Numbered from the stretch's first letter, positions 30,304 to 41,436 are shown. The stretch is 64,000 nt of DNA from Candidatus Bathyarchaeota archaeon (GCA_963706285.1 CAVPLU010000009.1:64001-128000); one strand, 5' to 3'. Notes: a model not told the origin generated them from the letters alone. Program-made: numbers and translations.

Positions 30304-30540
30304 TTAGGTTCCTTCCATAGTCATCAAGGTCAGCGATGATCTGAGGTTCTTGAGCTTGCGGACCTTCGAAGTTATGACTTCTTTCAGTTCTTTCATCGTC
30401 TCCGCCTCGACTTTCGCGACGATATCATATACGCCATATACGGCATGGGCTTCGCTAACGCTGTTGAGCTTTCTGAGTTCCCTCAGAAGTTCGTCTTCTG
30501 AGCCGACCTCAGCGTTAATCAAGACGATGGCTAGGGGCAT
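30304..30540 (-). CDS. Stand-alone Lrp/AsnC ligand-binding domain protein
   Basis: AIVLINAEVG, VYGVYDIVAKVE. Confidence 0.9.
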   Translation of the reverse strand: MPLAIVLINAEVGSEDELLRELRKLNSVSEAHAVYGVYDIVAKVEAETMKELKEVITSKVRKLKNLRSSLTLMTMEGT

Positions 30541-30838
30541 CGTTTGGATACCTACTTCCTAGAAACGCCACGGCCGTGCCGGGTAAAAAGGAGTTTGGTG
30601 CAACCGATCCATTCATTCTCTTTCAACGAGAAGCCTTGACGAACTTCATCTGATTATTCATATGATGGAGTGAAGAGAATTCGAATACTTCGCAACCGAT
30701 GAAATATTGTAGTTAGAACCGTTCATTTGTGTGGGGGAGGTTGGTGCTTGAGCTGTGTCCATGATTTCTCATTAGGTATCATAGGCATTGGACTTGAACG
30801 GGATATTGATTTTACGAGCTTGACAGATGACTCACGCG

Positions 30839-31102
30839 CTAGACGGCTTTGTAGTATACTATCCTGCCGAACTTTCTCACGTCAACCTTACCCTCCCGAA
30901 ACAAGTTATCTAGCGTCATAATGACACAGGCAACTATCGCCGCACCAGTCATTGGTTTCATGAGCGAATCTTTCATCACTTCGTTTCCAATCTCCTTCCC
31001 TGAGTAGGCTTTGTCACGATCCCTCGTTAGGAATTCAAGAACTGTGGCTTCCATTGATACGATACGTCCAGCCTTTTCCCATTCTGCCTTGCCAATTGGC
31101 AA
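30839..31102 (-). CDS. Small hypothetical protein, probable winged HTH
   Basis: VLEFL...AYSGKEI...LDNLFREGKV...YY. Confidence 0.65.
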   Translation of the reverse strand: MPIGKAEWEKAGRIVSMEATVLEFLTRDRDKAYSGKEIGNEVMKDSLMKPMTGAAIVACVIMTLDNLFREGKVDVRKFGRIVYYKAV

Positions 31103-31406
31103 TCCAAGAAACGCCTGTCATAGATAGCGCCGAGTAGCGTTAGTAAGACAATCGGTAGAGCTCGAATAGTCTCTTAATCAAGCGGCCTAGCTTTCTTCGT
31201 TCTACTCAGATGACCCTGCTCGGCTTAGCTGCGGATTCGTTCTAGATCTGATATCTTACTCTCAAAAGTCCGGATGTCTTTGGCCACGAGGCCATCCTGT
31301 AGTCCGAAGCTCATCCACTACTTTCTTTGTGGGTCCGTCGCTTGTCCGACTCCGACAAAACGATCTCGATTTACCTCGCCCCAGGCCCATAGGGCTTGGT
31401 GAAAAG

Positions 31407-31584
31407 TGCGGGGGGTGGGATTCGAACCCACGAAGGCCTACGCCACAGGGTCTCCCAGATCCTCGGTGGTCCCGAGGGATCACCTAAGCTTGGCACCACG
31501 CGACTTCGAGGTCGCAGAGTCCTGCCCCTTAGACCTGGTTCCCGCCTGGTTCGTTCAACTCGCCAGAGACTCGGGTACCCCCGC
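31407..31584 (-). tRNA. tRNA-Leu(TAG) with three introns (15/16, 30/31, 37/38)
   Basis: Exons 31570-31584, 31521-31538, 31483-31489 and 31407-31451 join to an 85-nt type II tRNA GCGGGGGTACCCGAG-CCAGGTCTAAGGGGCAGG-GCTTAGG-ACCCTGTGGCGTAGGCCTTCGTGGGTTCGAATCCCACCCCCCGCA. Confidence 0.9.
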
Positions 31585-31882
31585 TCATCAGCTCCTGTTT
31601 CTACTCACCAGCAGAATATTATCTCTTCGAAGTCGGCTTCGAGATCGGCATCTATCTATTCGTTCTATCGGAGCAGGAACCAGAGTAGTTCTGGGAAGGC
31701 CTTCGGAATATGAGCTCTGTTACATTCTCATCTGGCGTAAGAGTGCTAATATTCGTCTGCATGAAAGCAGGTTCTTCACGCAACCATCGTTTCATATCGA
31801 ATCTTCGACGCGTTAGCGATGACGGGCACTGATCGGATGAGGGTCCTCGCCCGCTTGAACAATGATTCCAAGTATGTGATAT

Positions 31883-32095
31883 CATTCAACATTCAAGGAG
31901 AAAGTCCGGCCAGCAAGAGGCATCAAGACAACTGATACCGCAATCCTAGATGGACAACGCATCTACTACAACCACATACGCCCACATCAAGGACTGACGG
32001 AAAAACACCGCACAAGTCGCAGGACTCGAACTAGACCTTAGGCGTGAACAAGTGGGAATCCCTAATCAAGAAGGCATGCCAGCGAGTTCGAGTGA
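31883..32095 (+). mobile_element. C-terminal remnant of a DDE (IS6-like/integrase core) transposase
   Basis: HSTFKEKVRPARGIKTTDTAILDGQRIYYNHIRPHQGL..GKTP..VAG...NKWESLIKKA across frameshifts. Confidence 0.75.
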
Positions 32096-33074
32096 TATAC
32101 AGATTCAGAATGCCACGCGTGTCTTTCTCGACTAACACTACTGATGCTTCCCAACGAATTCGAGTCCACTAAGCCATGAAACGAACACCATAAGTACCAT
32201 TGACGAAATCGCGAAGCATACCGCGAGCAATACTTGACTCACTTCTGGATCGAAAAATGCAAACTCCACAACGGCGATACTTGAGCAGACTCAGAGATGT
32301 TGCATTCAAGTCTGGCAGAACTCTCCAGCGCATTCATGCGAGCATCAATCCTCGTAATGTCAGTCTTGAGGACTCTGATCTCTGCTATCTGCTCAGAGTC
32401 GGCTGAGAGCAATACTAAGAAGAGTGCTACGACGAACGCCGTAACAACCTAGTAAGACGCAAAGCTAGACAGTGCTACTGTCAAGCCACTGAAGTGCAAG
32501 TCATCTTGCTTCATCGATTCTAGTGCAAGTAGCAATGAGCTGCAACTAATCGCAGGTCACGCTGACACCATCAGAACTACATTGAGTCGTCATACCCGTA
32601 GCAAGCAGTGTTGACGCCAACTGCATGACATATGTCCGACGGAGAACGAGGTCAGTTGCCACTCGATGAGTTCAGCTTGAGCTAAGACAGGCTAATTCGT
32701 GTCGACGCGAACTTGACTCCGTGAACGTGTCTCAGCTTGACATACGAGCGTGGCTCCATGAGTAACACCCCCCAACAGTTAACAGGGACCGATATATGGA
32801 CAAGCCACCCAAACAACTTACCAGAACCCCTGGGACCCCCTCCCCTAGGAGAGGGGATAACCGGTTCAGATAGTTGGCACGAGGATTCTATCGAAAGGTG
32901 ACTTGTCGACTATCCTGCTGATCATGAAACGCTCAAACGAAACAAGTCATGCGATCTCTTCTGGTGAGCCGTGAGTTAACAGGTCGGACGGTGAATCGAC
33001 AAGTTACCAGAACCTGAGTGAGCAATAGATATTAGTGGCAGTCTGGGTGAGGCTATGTCTTCGCCGAGTGAAGA

Positions 33075-33590
33075 GTGTTGAAAGGTCGCAACTATAGGAC
33101 GCCTCGCGGTCAGCCGTACACGCGCCACAAGTACATTCACGGCTCACCCGCACTGCGAATCTCCAAGTTCACCATGGGTGACACGAAGTCGAGCTTTGAC
33201 TATAAGGTCAGCCTGGTTGTGCAGGCTCCAATCCAGATTCGTCACAATGCGCTTGAGGCGGCCCGTGTCGCCGCGAACAAGGTCCTCTTCGACACGCTTG
33301 GCGAGACAGGTTACATTGTCCGCCTTAGACCGTACCCACATATCGTTCTCAGAGAGAACCGTATGATAGCCACTGCAGGCGCCGACCGACTCCAGGAAGG
33401 AATGCGAAGAGCTTTCGGAAAACCAACCAGTCGAGCAGCCCGTATGCGAGCCGGACAGCCGATTCTGGACCTCTATGTCAATCAATCTTATGTCGATCTC
33501 GCGAAAGAAGCTCTCAAAGTGAGTTCGAGCAAACTCGGAGCCACCTGCAGGGTCGTAGTGGAGCGATCTGTGCCTCAGTCGGCCGCCTAG
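33075..33590 (+). CDS. rpl10e: 50S ribosomal protein L10e (uL16)
   Basis: QIRHNALEAAR, ILRENR-like VLRENRM, AGADRLQEGMRRAFGKP. Confidence 0.97.
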   Translation: MLKGRNYRTPRGQPYTRHKYIHGSPALRISKFTMGDTKSSFDYKVSLVVQAPIQIRHNALEAARVAANKVLFDTLGETGYIVRLRPYPHIVLRENRMIATAGADRLQEGMRRAFGKPTSRAARMRAGQPILDLYVNQSYVDLAKEALKVSSSKLGATCRVVVERSVPQSAA

Positions 33591-33754
33591 AACTAGACAA
33601 GGACTAGACATTAGTCAGGTGCCTTGGTAAGGACGAGTCAATACTAGGACCCTATCACGGGTTTCTCCGGCACCTCAATTGTTGCTCGGCCAATCGAGTT
33701 CGGATGTGATGATTTATTAGCGATGCAGACGGAATTTCAGGAACGGTGCAATGA

Positions 33755-36113
33755 GTGGCGCCCTCTAACAAGCAAACGGCGCTGATGCTTTGGTTCAACG
33801 AGGTTACGAAAGAGGACGTTCCCCTAGTGGGCGGCAAGTCCGCAAGTCTAGGTGAGATGACGTCAAAGACGAAAGTTCCAGTCCCTTACGGTTTTGCGCT
33901 TACAGCTGAGGCCTTCCGGCTGTTCGTCAGAAAGAACGGACTGGACAGGAAGATTGTTGACGCGCTGGAGCCTCTTGAGTGATTCAAATGACACTGTTAT
34001 GCTCCAGAAGGTTGGCGCTGAACTCAGGAAGATGGTTATTTCGGCTCAAATGCCGAAAGAGCTTGAAAGAGTCATAGTTGATGCCTATCACGACTTAGCC
34101 GTGCATGAGAAGGTCAAGAATCCGTTCGTCGCAATTAGAAGCTCCGCTACAGCGGAGGATCTGCCCGACGCGAGTTTCGCTGGTCAACAGGAAAGTTATC
34201 TGAACATCACAGGGGCGAACGACGTGGTTGACAAAGTGCGGGAATGTTATGCTAGCTTGTTCACCGATCGTGCAATCTTCTATAGAGTACAGAAAGGATT
34301 CGATCACCTTGACCTCGCTCTATCGGCGATCGTTCAGATGATGTGCTACGCCGAATCCAGCGGAGTAATGTTCTCGATTGATCCCACGGACGGCGACGAT
34401 TCGGTGGTAATGATTGAAGCGAACTATGGGCTGGGCGAGTACGTGGTCCAGGGCCGAGTGACTCCGGATAACTACTATGTAGATAAGGAGACGCTTAAGG
34501 TCGTTCGCAAGAATATCCCAACGAAGACTGTCATGCTCATACCGAAACCTGAAGGCGGAACAGAGGACAGACAGGTTCCGGATTCGTTGAAGAATCGTCA
34601 AGTCATCAGTGACGAACAAGTGATAGAGCTCGCGAAGTATGCTCTCATGATAGAGCAGCATTATGGTCGACCAATGGACATCGAGTGGGGATTCGATAGG
34701 CAAACCGGCAAACTTCTGATACTGCAAGCACGGCCTGAAACCGTTTGGTCCTTTAAGAAACGCCCGATGGAGAAGTTGGCAACTTTCACGACTGAGAGAA
34801 AGATCCTCGTCAAAGGTCTGCCAGCTTCACCAGGGGTCATTGCGGGCAAAGTTCATCTAATCCCGTCAGCAGAGCATGTGAGTGAGTTCCAAGCTGGCGA
34901 GGTTCTCGTAACTGAGATGACTGCGCCCGATTGGGTTCCGGCTATGAAGAAGGCGAAGGCGATCATTACGGACAGCGGTGGTATGACTTGTCACGCCGCA
35001 ATCGTTAGTAGAGAACTCGGAATTCCATGTATCGTAGGATCTAAGAATGGTACCAAGGTTCTTGCAACAGGAATGGATGTTACCGTGGACGCGAAAAGAG
35101 GAGTCGTATACGAGGGAATAATGAAGGAGGCTATGACGCCTCAAGTTCAGCAGGGGTCAGCTTCTGGCTCGGCTGGATTCTATGAGGCGCCAGTGACCGG
35201 AACAAAGATCTTCGTCAACCTCGGCGAACCAGAACTTGCGGAGAAAGTAGCTCTGCTCCCATCCGACGGTGTCGGTCTTCTGCGTATGGAATTCATCGTC
35301 AACGACCACATCAAGAAGCATCCAATGTGGCTGATTGAGAACAAGCATCCCGAGGAGTTTGTCGACAAACTCGCTGAAGGGCTCGCCACATTCTGCAGAG
35401 CCTTCCATCCGCGACCGGTAGTGCTCAGATTCAGCGACTTCAAGACAAACGAGTATGCCAAGTTGGAGGGCGGAGAGAAATACGAAAGCGGAATAAAGGA
35501 AGCAAATCCGCTGCTCGGTTTCAGGGGAGCCAGCCGCTATACCGATCCAAAGTTCGAGCCAGCATTCAGGCTCGAGATCGCTGCTGTGAAGAAAGTCAGA
35601 AACGAGATGGGCCTCAAGAACCTCTGGTGCATGATCCCATTCAACAGGACAGTCGAGGAGTTCGTCAAGGTCCGCGAGCTGCTTCAGCGCGAAGGTCTCC
35701 GACAAGATGAGGACTTCAAACTCTGGATCATGGCGGAGATACCAAGCAATATACTCCTAGCCGACGAATTCTGCAAGGCTGGCGCCGACGGCTTCTCGAT
35801 CGGCAGCAACGATCTCACCATGCTCATACTTGGCGCGGACAGAGACAATGAGATTCTGGCGCCCCTTTTTGACGAGAGAAACCTCGCAGTCAAGCGGGCA
35901 ATTAAGAGTCTGATAGAGACAGCTCATCAGTATGGTAAGACAGTCAGCATCTGCGGACAGGCTCCGAGCGTATACCCAGAGTTCACGAGATTCCTAGTCG
36001 AAGCAGGCATTGACAGCGTGTCCGTCAACCCCGACGCTGTTGTGCAAACTAGGAAGCTTGTGGCACAGGTCGAGCAGAGAATCCTCCTTGAGAAAGTCAC
36101 CCGGCAACGTTGA
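33755..36113 (+). CDS. ppsA: Phosphoenolpyruvate synthase (frameshift near 33978)
   Basis: VGGKSASLGEM, RSSATAEDLPDASFAGQQ, GGMTCHAAIVSRELG, FSIGSNDL. Confidence 0.97.
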
Positions 36114-36310
36114 AGACAGCCCCAACAACGGACCTCCGTGCGCACGATAGGCACTCAAGGGCCCTTCTATGGAGGGGTTTAGTCAATCGGAAATTGCATT
36201 TGAGACGCTAATCCAAACAGGCTACTTCTGGCCTGAGGTAATCGTGGAGCCATATTGCTGGCCATGTGATTCGTGCATACGAGATTCTGGCCAACATAGG
36301 GCCAGCGTAT

Positions 36311-36658
36311 TCAGGTCGGTTCCAAGAAACGGTCGAGCACGTTCCTGACATCCTGCTTAGCAACCGCTCCAACGATGCGCTCAACTTCGGTTCCTCCTTG
36401 CAGTAGCAGGAGTGTTGGAATTCCCATAATCCCAAAGCGTTCGGTCGTTGCAGGGTTCTCGTCAGTGTTTAGTTTTCCAAAGATGACTCTGTCTGCATAT
36501 TCTTCCGCGAGTTCTTCGATGACAGGTGCCATCGCCATGCATGGGCCGCACCAAGGTGCCCAAAAATCCACCACCATCAGATCGTATCGTTCAACGACCG
36601 GATCGAATCCGTCATCAGCAAGAGTGATCGGCTGTGCAGTGTTTTGCTCTGACTCCAT
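36311..36658 (-). CDS. trxA: Thioredoxin
   Basis: DFWAPWCGPC, GIPT. Confidence 0.95.
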   Translation of the reverse strand: MESEQNTAQPITLADDGFDPVVERYDLMVVDFWAPWCGPCMAMAPVIEELAEEYADRVIFGKLNTDENPATTERFGIMGIPTLLLLQGGTEVERIVGAVAKQDVRNVLDRFLEPT

Positions 36659-36924
36659 GTGCAATGCCTCCACGATGCGGCGTACGGTGCTTGGCACCTG
36701 AATAAAAGAAGATCGTCACGATCATTGTTCTCGTCGAGTGATCAATCAATCCAATCATCTAATCTCATCCGCGTCCAATCTCGAACGAAGGCTCCACGAG
36801 TGGGGCATAGTTCCGTTTCTTCAGAGGACAATCGTGAAGTTGACAGTTTCGGTGCTGACACATGCTGGGCATTTGCACAGCAGTTACACAACACCTTATT
36901 CACTCGCGAGCCCTAGGAGTGATC

Positions 36925-37323
36925 ATGCCGATCAAGTACTTTCCCGCCTCCGACGTTAAAGACTTGACCGATCAATTGATTGAGGAATTGGGTTTCGTTC
37001 ACATCCCAAAGGAAAGGGTCATCTGCATCAGGAGTGTCGGATCAAAATCTAGAGGGACTATCGCAAGAGTGCATTCTTTCCCGAAAGTCTGGCAGCGGGG
37101 GCTTGCCATGAAAGCACATTATGCAATTGAGGTTATCTCAGAACACTTCGATGACCTTTCGATGGCAGAACAAGAGAAGGTCATCATCCACGAGTTGCTT
37201 CATGTACCGAAGTGTTTTGGTGGTGGATTTCGACACCATAGAGACTGGGTCACCAGGCATAGGGTCGATCGGCTTCATGCTGCCCTGGTTGCGGATCGCC
37301 TCAGGGACTCAAGCAACGGTTAA
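36925..37323 (+). CDS. Putative metallopeptidase (archaeal HELLH family)
   Basis: RSVGSKSR..ARVH, EVISEHF, IHELLHVP..FGGGFRHH. Confidence 0.85.
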   Translation: MPIKYFPASDVKDLTDQLIEELGFVHIPKERVICIRSVGSKSRGTIARVHSFPKVWQRGLAMKAHYAIEVISEHFDDLSMAEQEKVIIHELLHVPKCFGGGFRHHRDWVTRHRVDRLHAALVADRLRDSSNG

Positions 37324-37359
37324 TTCGAGGACAGTTCGTGCGTTACCCCTCGTAGTCCC

Positions 37360-38400
37360 ATGTACGATCTCGAAGAGGCCCGCCTAATCGAGGAGATCAA
37401 GAGGCGATCGCCTCGTCGCGTCCTGCTTCAGCTACCAGAGGGACTGAAACCGCAAGCCGCCAAACTCGCTGAAAGACTTCAGAACGCGAGTGGAGCCGAA
37501 GTATTCGTCTCGGGAGACCCATGTTACGGTGCTTGCGATCTCGCATTGAACCAAATGAAGGAGTTGCACGCGGACCTCTTGATCCATGTTGGCCACGCGG
37601 AGATACCAAACGGTGACGCCAGCGATGGCATCATCTACGTCGAGGCAAGATCAGATCAGAAGATCGAGAAACCACTCGCTGAGGCTCTCAAACTTCTGAA
37701 GGATGAAAAATGTATTGGATTGGCTGCATCGGTGCAGCATTTGCATTTGCTCAAGCAGGCAAAGGAGTCGCTTGAACATGCAGGGAAGGTTGTGCTCATA
37801 GGCAAAGCATCGGGAAGGCTCAGACACGAAGGCCAAATCTTGGGATGCGACTACGGAAGTGTCCTATCCATAGCGAGCAAGGTTGAAGCGTTTCTCGTGA
37901 TCGTAGCAGGAGATTTCCACGCTCTCGGCGTATCACTTTCTACAGGCAAGAGAACGATTGTGGCCGACCCATACCAGCAGACGGCACGAGACATTACCGG
38001 CCTCGTCGGGAAGATTCTGCGACAGCGATACGCAACGATCTTGAAGTTCAAGGAGGCAAAGAGGATCGGGATTATTGTGGGGCTCAAGAGCGGCCAGATC
38101 AATCTGGTTGTCGCTAGGAGGTTGAAGACACTCCTAGAACAGAATGGGAAGCAGTGCACGCTGATCGCTTCCTCGGAATTCATTCCGGAATCAATGGAAT
38201 CGTTCACAGATCTGGATGGGCTCGTGGAAACCGCCTGTCCAAGAGTTGCGATCGATGACCGAAGTCGCTATCACAAACCTCTGGTCAATTCGGAAGAGGC
38301 ACTGATCGCGATCGACAAGAAAGGCTGGGAAGAGTACGGCAAGCATACCGAAGAAACATGGGATCGAACGCCTGCTACAACAGATGAGGCCCAATCCTAG
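37360..38400 (+). CDS. dph2: Diphthamide biosynthesis enzyme Dph2
   Basis: LQLPEGLK, CYGACD, GQILGC, TACPR. Confidence 0.95.
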   Translation: MYDLEEARLIEEIKRRSPRRVLLQLPEGLKPQAAKLAERLQNASGAEVFVSGDPCYGACDLALNQMKELHADLLIHVGHAEIPNGDASDGIIYVEARSDQKIEKPLAEALKLLKDEKCIGLAASVQHLHLLKQAKESLEHAGKVVLIGKASGRLRHEGQILGCDYGSVLSIASKVEAFLVIVAGDFHALGVSLSTGKRTIVADPYQQTARDITGLVGKILRQRYATILKFKEAKRIGIIVGLKSGQINLVVARRLKTLLEQNGKQCTLIASSEFIPESMESFTDLDGLVETACPRVAIDDRSRYHKPLVNSEEALIAIDKKGWEEYGKHTEETWDRTPATTDEAQS

Positions 38401-38962
38401 CCCTAGGATACGGCTTGAGCAGTATACGATTCCTGCAAACATTGCAGCAGACATTCTCTTCCTTGCCACCGCCGTGTACCAAGACATTGCGGGCAAGTGC
38501 GTGGTCGATCTTGGAACGGGTACCGGCAGACTCGCGATAGGTGCAGCCCATATGGGAGCGAGTCGTGTAGCCGCGATAGACATTGATCCTGAAGCGATCA
38601 GAGTTGCACGCGAGAACTCTCGGGTCGCAATGATCGAAGTGGATTGGATAGTCGGCGATCTGAATGCAATTCGCGGAATTTTCGATACGGTTATAATGAA
38701 TCCGCCATTCGGAACGAAGCTGAAACATGTTGACAAAGTTTTCTTGAGCAAAGCCATCCAGATTGGACGCGTTGTCTACTCGATCCACAAGTCAGCCACC
38801 CGAGAGCATATCCTACAATACTTGAAGCGGCTCGGATGCAGAGTGGACGCGATTCACGAATACACGTTGGATATTCCAAGGATGTTCGAACATCACAAGA
38901 AAACGAAGCATCCTGTCAGGGTTGACTGCTACAGGGTAGAGACCGGAAGAGGCCCACAATAA
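38336..38962 (+). CDS. METTL5-family RNA methyltransferase
   Basis: LEQYTIP, DLGTGTG, MNPPFG, VYSIHK; homologous N-terminus extends upstream of ATG 38384. Confidence 0.92.
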   Translation, partial: TASIPKKHGIERLLQQMRPNPSPRIRLEQYTIPANIAADILFLATAVYQDIAGKCVVDLGTGTGRLAIGAAHMGASRVAAIDIDPEAIRVARENSRVAMIEVDWIVGDLNAIRGIFDTVIMNPPFGTKLKHVDKVFLSKAIQIGRVVYSIHKSATREHILQYLKRLGCRVDAIHEYTLDIPRMFEHHKKTKHPVRVDCYRVETGRGPQ

Positions 38963-39076
38963 CCAGCGCGAGCAAAAATTGTCCCTGCTTATATACGGCC
39001 GTTCTCATTATGAAAGAAAGCTTCGGTCGAGCTACCCTCTCCAAAGTTCCATGAAACAAGTAAGGTTCAATCAGAA

Positions 39077-39652
39077 ATGCCTGCAAGAGATTTCCGTAAG
39101 CCACAGCTCGTCGTTCCCGGAGAGGATCTATGTGTTGCCGAGGAATTCTCACCAGGTCCCGGTACATACGAAAGTGGTGGCGTAGTCTATTCGGACCTTA
39201 TTGGTGAGAGAGTGGCGGATCTCAAAGAAAGAAAAGTGAAGGTTGTCGCGAAAGCCCGGACTCCAACAATGCCTACGGATGGATCAACGGTGATCGGTCA
39301 AGTCGCAAGCGCTCATGAAAAGTCGGCCATAATCAGCATATACAAGGTAGACGCGAAAGCCGTCGGAAGACCGTTCACAGGTATCCTCCACATCTCATCG
39401 TCAAGCCCCAGGTACGAGCGAAACATGAATGACGTCTGCAAGACAGGCGACCTAGTCAAAGCCAGAGTGTTCAATGACAAGAGCAGGATCCCAGAACTTA
39501 CCACAGCCGGGAGAGGACTTGGGGTGATCCGAGCGTATTGTTCCAGGTGCGGGGGCCTGCTTGTCATAACAAACCGTAAGTTGCAGTGTGGTCTATGCGG
39601 AAATGTCGAGCACAGACGCTTGGCCGATGAATTCGAGGTAGTATCGAGGTAG
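39077..39652 (+). CDS. csl4: Exosome subunit Csl4
   Basis: VVPGEDL..AEEF, GDLVKARV, LGVIRAYCSRC...CGLCG..EHRR. Confidence 0.95.
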   Translation: MPARDFRKPQLVVPGEDLCVAEEFSPGPGTYESGGVVYSDLIGERVADLKERKVKVVAKARTPTMPTDGSTVIGQVASAHEKSAIISIYKVDAKAVGRPFTGILHISSSSPRYERNMNDVCKTGDLVKARVFNDKSRIPELTTAGRGLGVIRAYCSRCGGLLVITNRKLQCGLCGNVEHRRLADEFEVVSR

Positions 39653-39657
39653 TACTG

Positions 39658-39942
39658 TTGAATCTCAAGGTTCTAACGAAATCGAAGAACGAGTTGAAAT
39701 TGGAGCTTCAGGGGGAGGGGCACACTTTCTGCAATTTGCTCCAGTGGGTATTACTCCAGGACAAGACCGTTGAGATGGCAGGATACGACGTTCCACATCC
39801 TCTGCTTCCGAGCGCAATTCTGTACATTCGGACGAAAAGGGAGTCGTCTCCCGAGAAAGCACTCACGCGAGCCCTAGCAAAGGTAGGCGAGATGAGCAAC
39901 GAGTTCTTGGAAAAGCTCGACAAAGCCGTCGTTCCAAGCTGA
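39658..39942 (+). CDS. rpoL: RNA polymerase subunit L (Rpo11)
   Basis: GEGHTFCNLL, AGYDVPHPL. Confidence 0.95.
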   Translation: MNLKVLTKSKNELKLELQGEGHTFCNLLQWVLLQDKTVEMAGYDVPHPLLPSAILYIRTKRESSPEKALTRALAKVGEMSNEFLEKLDKAVVPS

Positions 39943-39958
39943 TTCAGATACACCACAG

Positions 39959-40324
39959 CTGAAATCTGTTCTTGCTGATTCGAAACTGGCCAAACTTGGA
40001 GACGCATACATAAATTTCGTCTTCTCGTTGGGTAGATCGAGAATCCTTGGAGAACCTCAGGGCATCAAAGTGAGCGATAGGATGCTTGCGGAAGCTCTCA
40101 GAAGATCAGGACTGAGACAAGAGCTACCGCATCGTACGACCCGTCAGGACTGCGCGAACGCAGTTGAAGCGCTCCTCGTTTACGGGTACCTGAACAATCT
40201 GGTTTCGCTAGAGGATTCAGTTGAACAAATAGCTTCTGCGCCGGATTCGCCCATCGACGGCTTAGTTCAACTGATAAAGACGGTAGCGAACAAGATTGAA
40301 GAGCGGAAGTCAAACACCGCATGA
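39959..40324 (+). CDS. Archaeal ribonuclease III-family-like protein
   Basis: In-frame DSKLAKLGDAYINFVFSL upstream of the track ORF; ANAVEALL; usual position next to rpoL. Confidence 0.75.
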   Translation: MKSVLADSKLAKLGDAYINFVFSLGRSRILGEPQGIKVSDRMLAEALRRSGLRQELPHRTTRQDCANAVEALLVYGYLNNLVSLEDSVEQIASAPDSPIDGLVQLIKTVANKIEERKSNTA

Positions 40325-40893
40325 TCAAGAAAGAGATACGCGTTCTTGGAGTAGCTTGCGTTTCGCCTCACCAAAATGATGCGACTTCCACCCAAATTGT
40401 GGGCGTGGTGTACAGAGGAAACCGTTGGCTCGAAGGCGTGATGCGAGCCATCATACCACGACAAGTGATGAATCTCACTCGCAGGATCATTGAGATTACT
40501 GTTAAATCTCCTCATTATCCCCAGCTCAGAGTCATCGTATTGGACGAGCTGATCGCCAAATCCGGGCGGTACATCGACATTCGCGCCCTCAACAAAAAAA
40601 CGAGACTTCCAGTGGTTGCTGCCCTGCGTCAGAAGATACCCATCAAGCGTCTGCAAGAGAGTCGAATGGTGCACAGACGCGTGGTCAGAATATTTTCTGA
40701 CCTGCCCTATGTGAAGTTTAGACGCGCAGGAAAGACGTTCTTCGTTTACTTCGCCGGGTTGAGCGAGGTCGATCTCAATGAGCTTCTCAAAGTCTGTGCT
40801 TCTAGGGAAGGCGTTCCAGAAGCGGCTAGGGTTGCTAGGATCACGTGTTCCTCCCTTGAAGCTACTATCCGGGCGCGAGCCTCAAAGAGATGA
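40321..40893 (+). CDS. DUF99 (endonuclease V-like) protein
   Basis: KKEIRVLG, VGVVYRG..WLEGV, QLRVIVLD, PEAARVA. Confidence 0.85.
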   Translation: MIKKEIRVLGVACVSPHQNDATSTQIVGVVYRGNRWLEGVMRAIIPRQVMNLTRRIIEITVKSPHYPQLRVIVLDELIAKSGRYIDIRALNKKTRLPVVAALRQKIPIKRLQESRMVHRRVVRIFSDLPYVKFRRAGKTFFVYFAGLSEVDLNELLKVCASREGVPEAARVARITCSSLEATIRARASKR

Positions 40894-40944
40894 TCTTAAC
40901 CTGCCCGCTATCCACGTCTTCTTCTGAATGTTTTAATAGAGATA

Positions 40945-41298
40945 GTGAGCCTCTCGGTGGCGGATCGGCGAAAATTGAGATTCTGTCCAAAATGCGGATC
41001 AAGGCTTGTACCCGTAAAGAAGGCCAAGTCGATCGTCTTGAGCTGCCCAGGTTGCGAATACGAGACCAGAAAACCCGAAAGAAGCATTCAGCCGGTGAAA
41101 CCCGAGAAGGAGAACATTATCGTCATCGGCAGAGAAGAGCAGAAGATCAGGACCCTGCCCAAGATGAAAGTCGAATGCCCCAAGTGCGGCCACATGGAAG
41201 CCTTCTACTGGCTCGTGCAAACTCGAGGCGCGGACGAGTCGTCAACTCAGTTCTTCCGATGCGCAAGCTGCGGAGCCACCTGGCGAGAGACTTCATAG
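40945..41298 (+). CDS. tfs: Transcription factor S / RpoM
   Basis: FCPKCG, CPKCGH, QTRGADE, FFRCASC..WRE. Confidence 0.95.
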   Translation: MSLSVADRRKLRFCPKCGSRLVPVKKAKSIVLSCPGCEYETRKPERSIQPVKPEKENIIVIGREEQKIRTLPKMKVECPKCGHMEAFYWLVQTRGADESSTQFFRCASCGATWRETS

Positions 41299-41436
41299 AA
41301 CCGTGACTCCACTCAACGAAGATTAGGCCATCCGATCGTTGGTAAAGCCTCCGGCCCCTTGATGCTTAATAACTTAACAGAAACCGAGTGTTAAGCATAA
41401 ATTACCACCAACGCACGTTAGGGCAGGGAACGCAAA

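Noticed and set aside
31895-31920. RNase P RNA (GGAGAAAGTCCGGCC resembles the P4 5' strand)
   Set aside because: No matching 3' conserved region found; the stretch reads as transposase codons (FKEKVRPARG).
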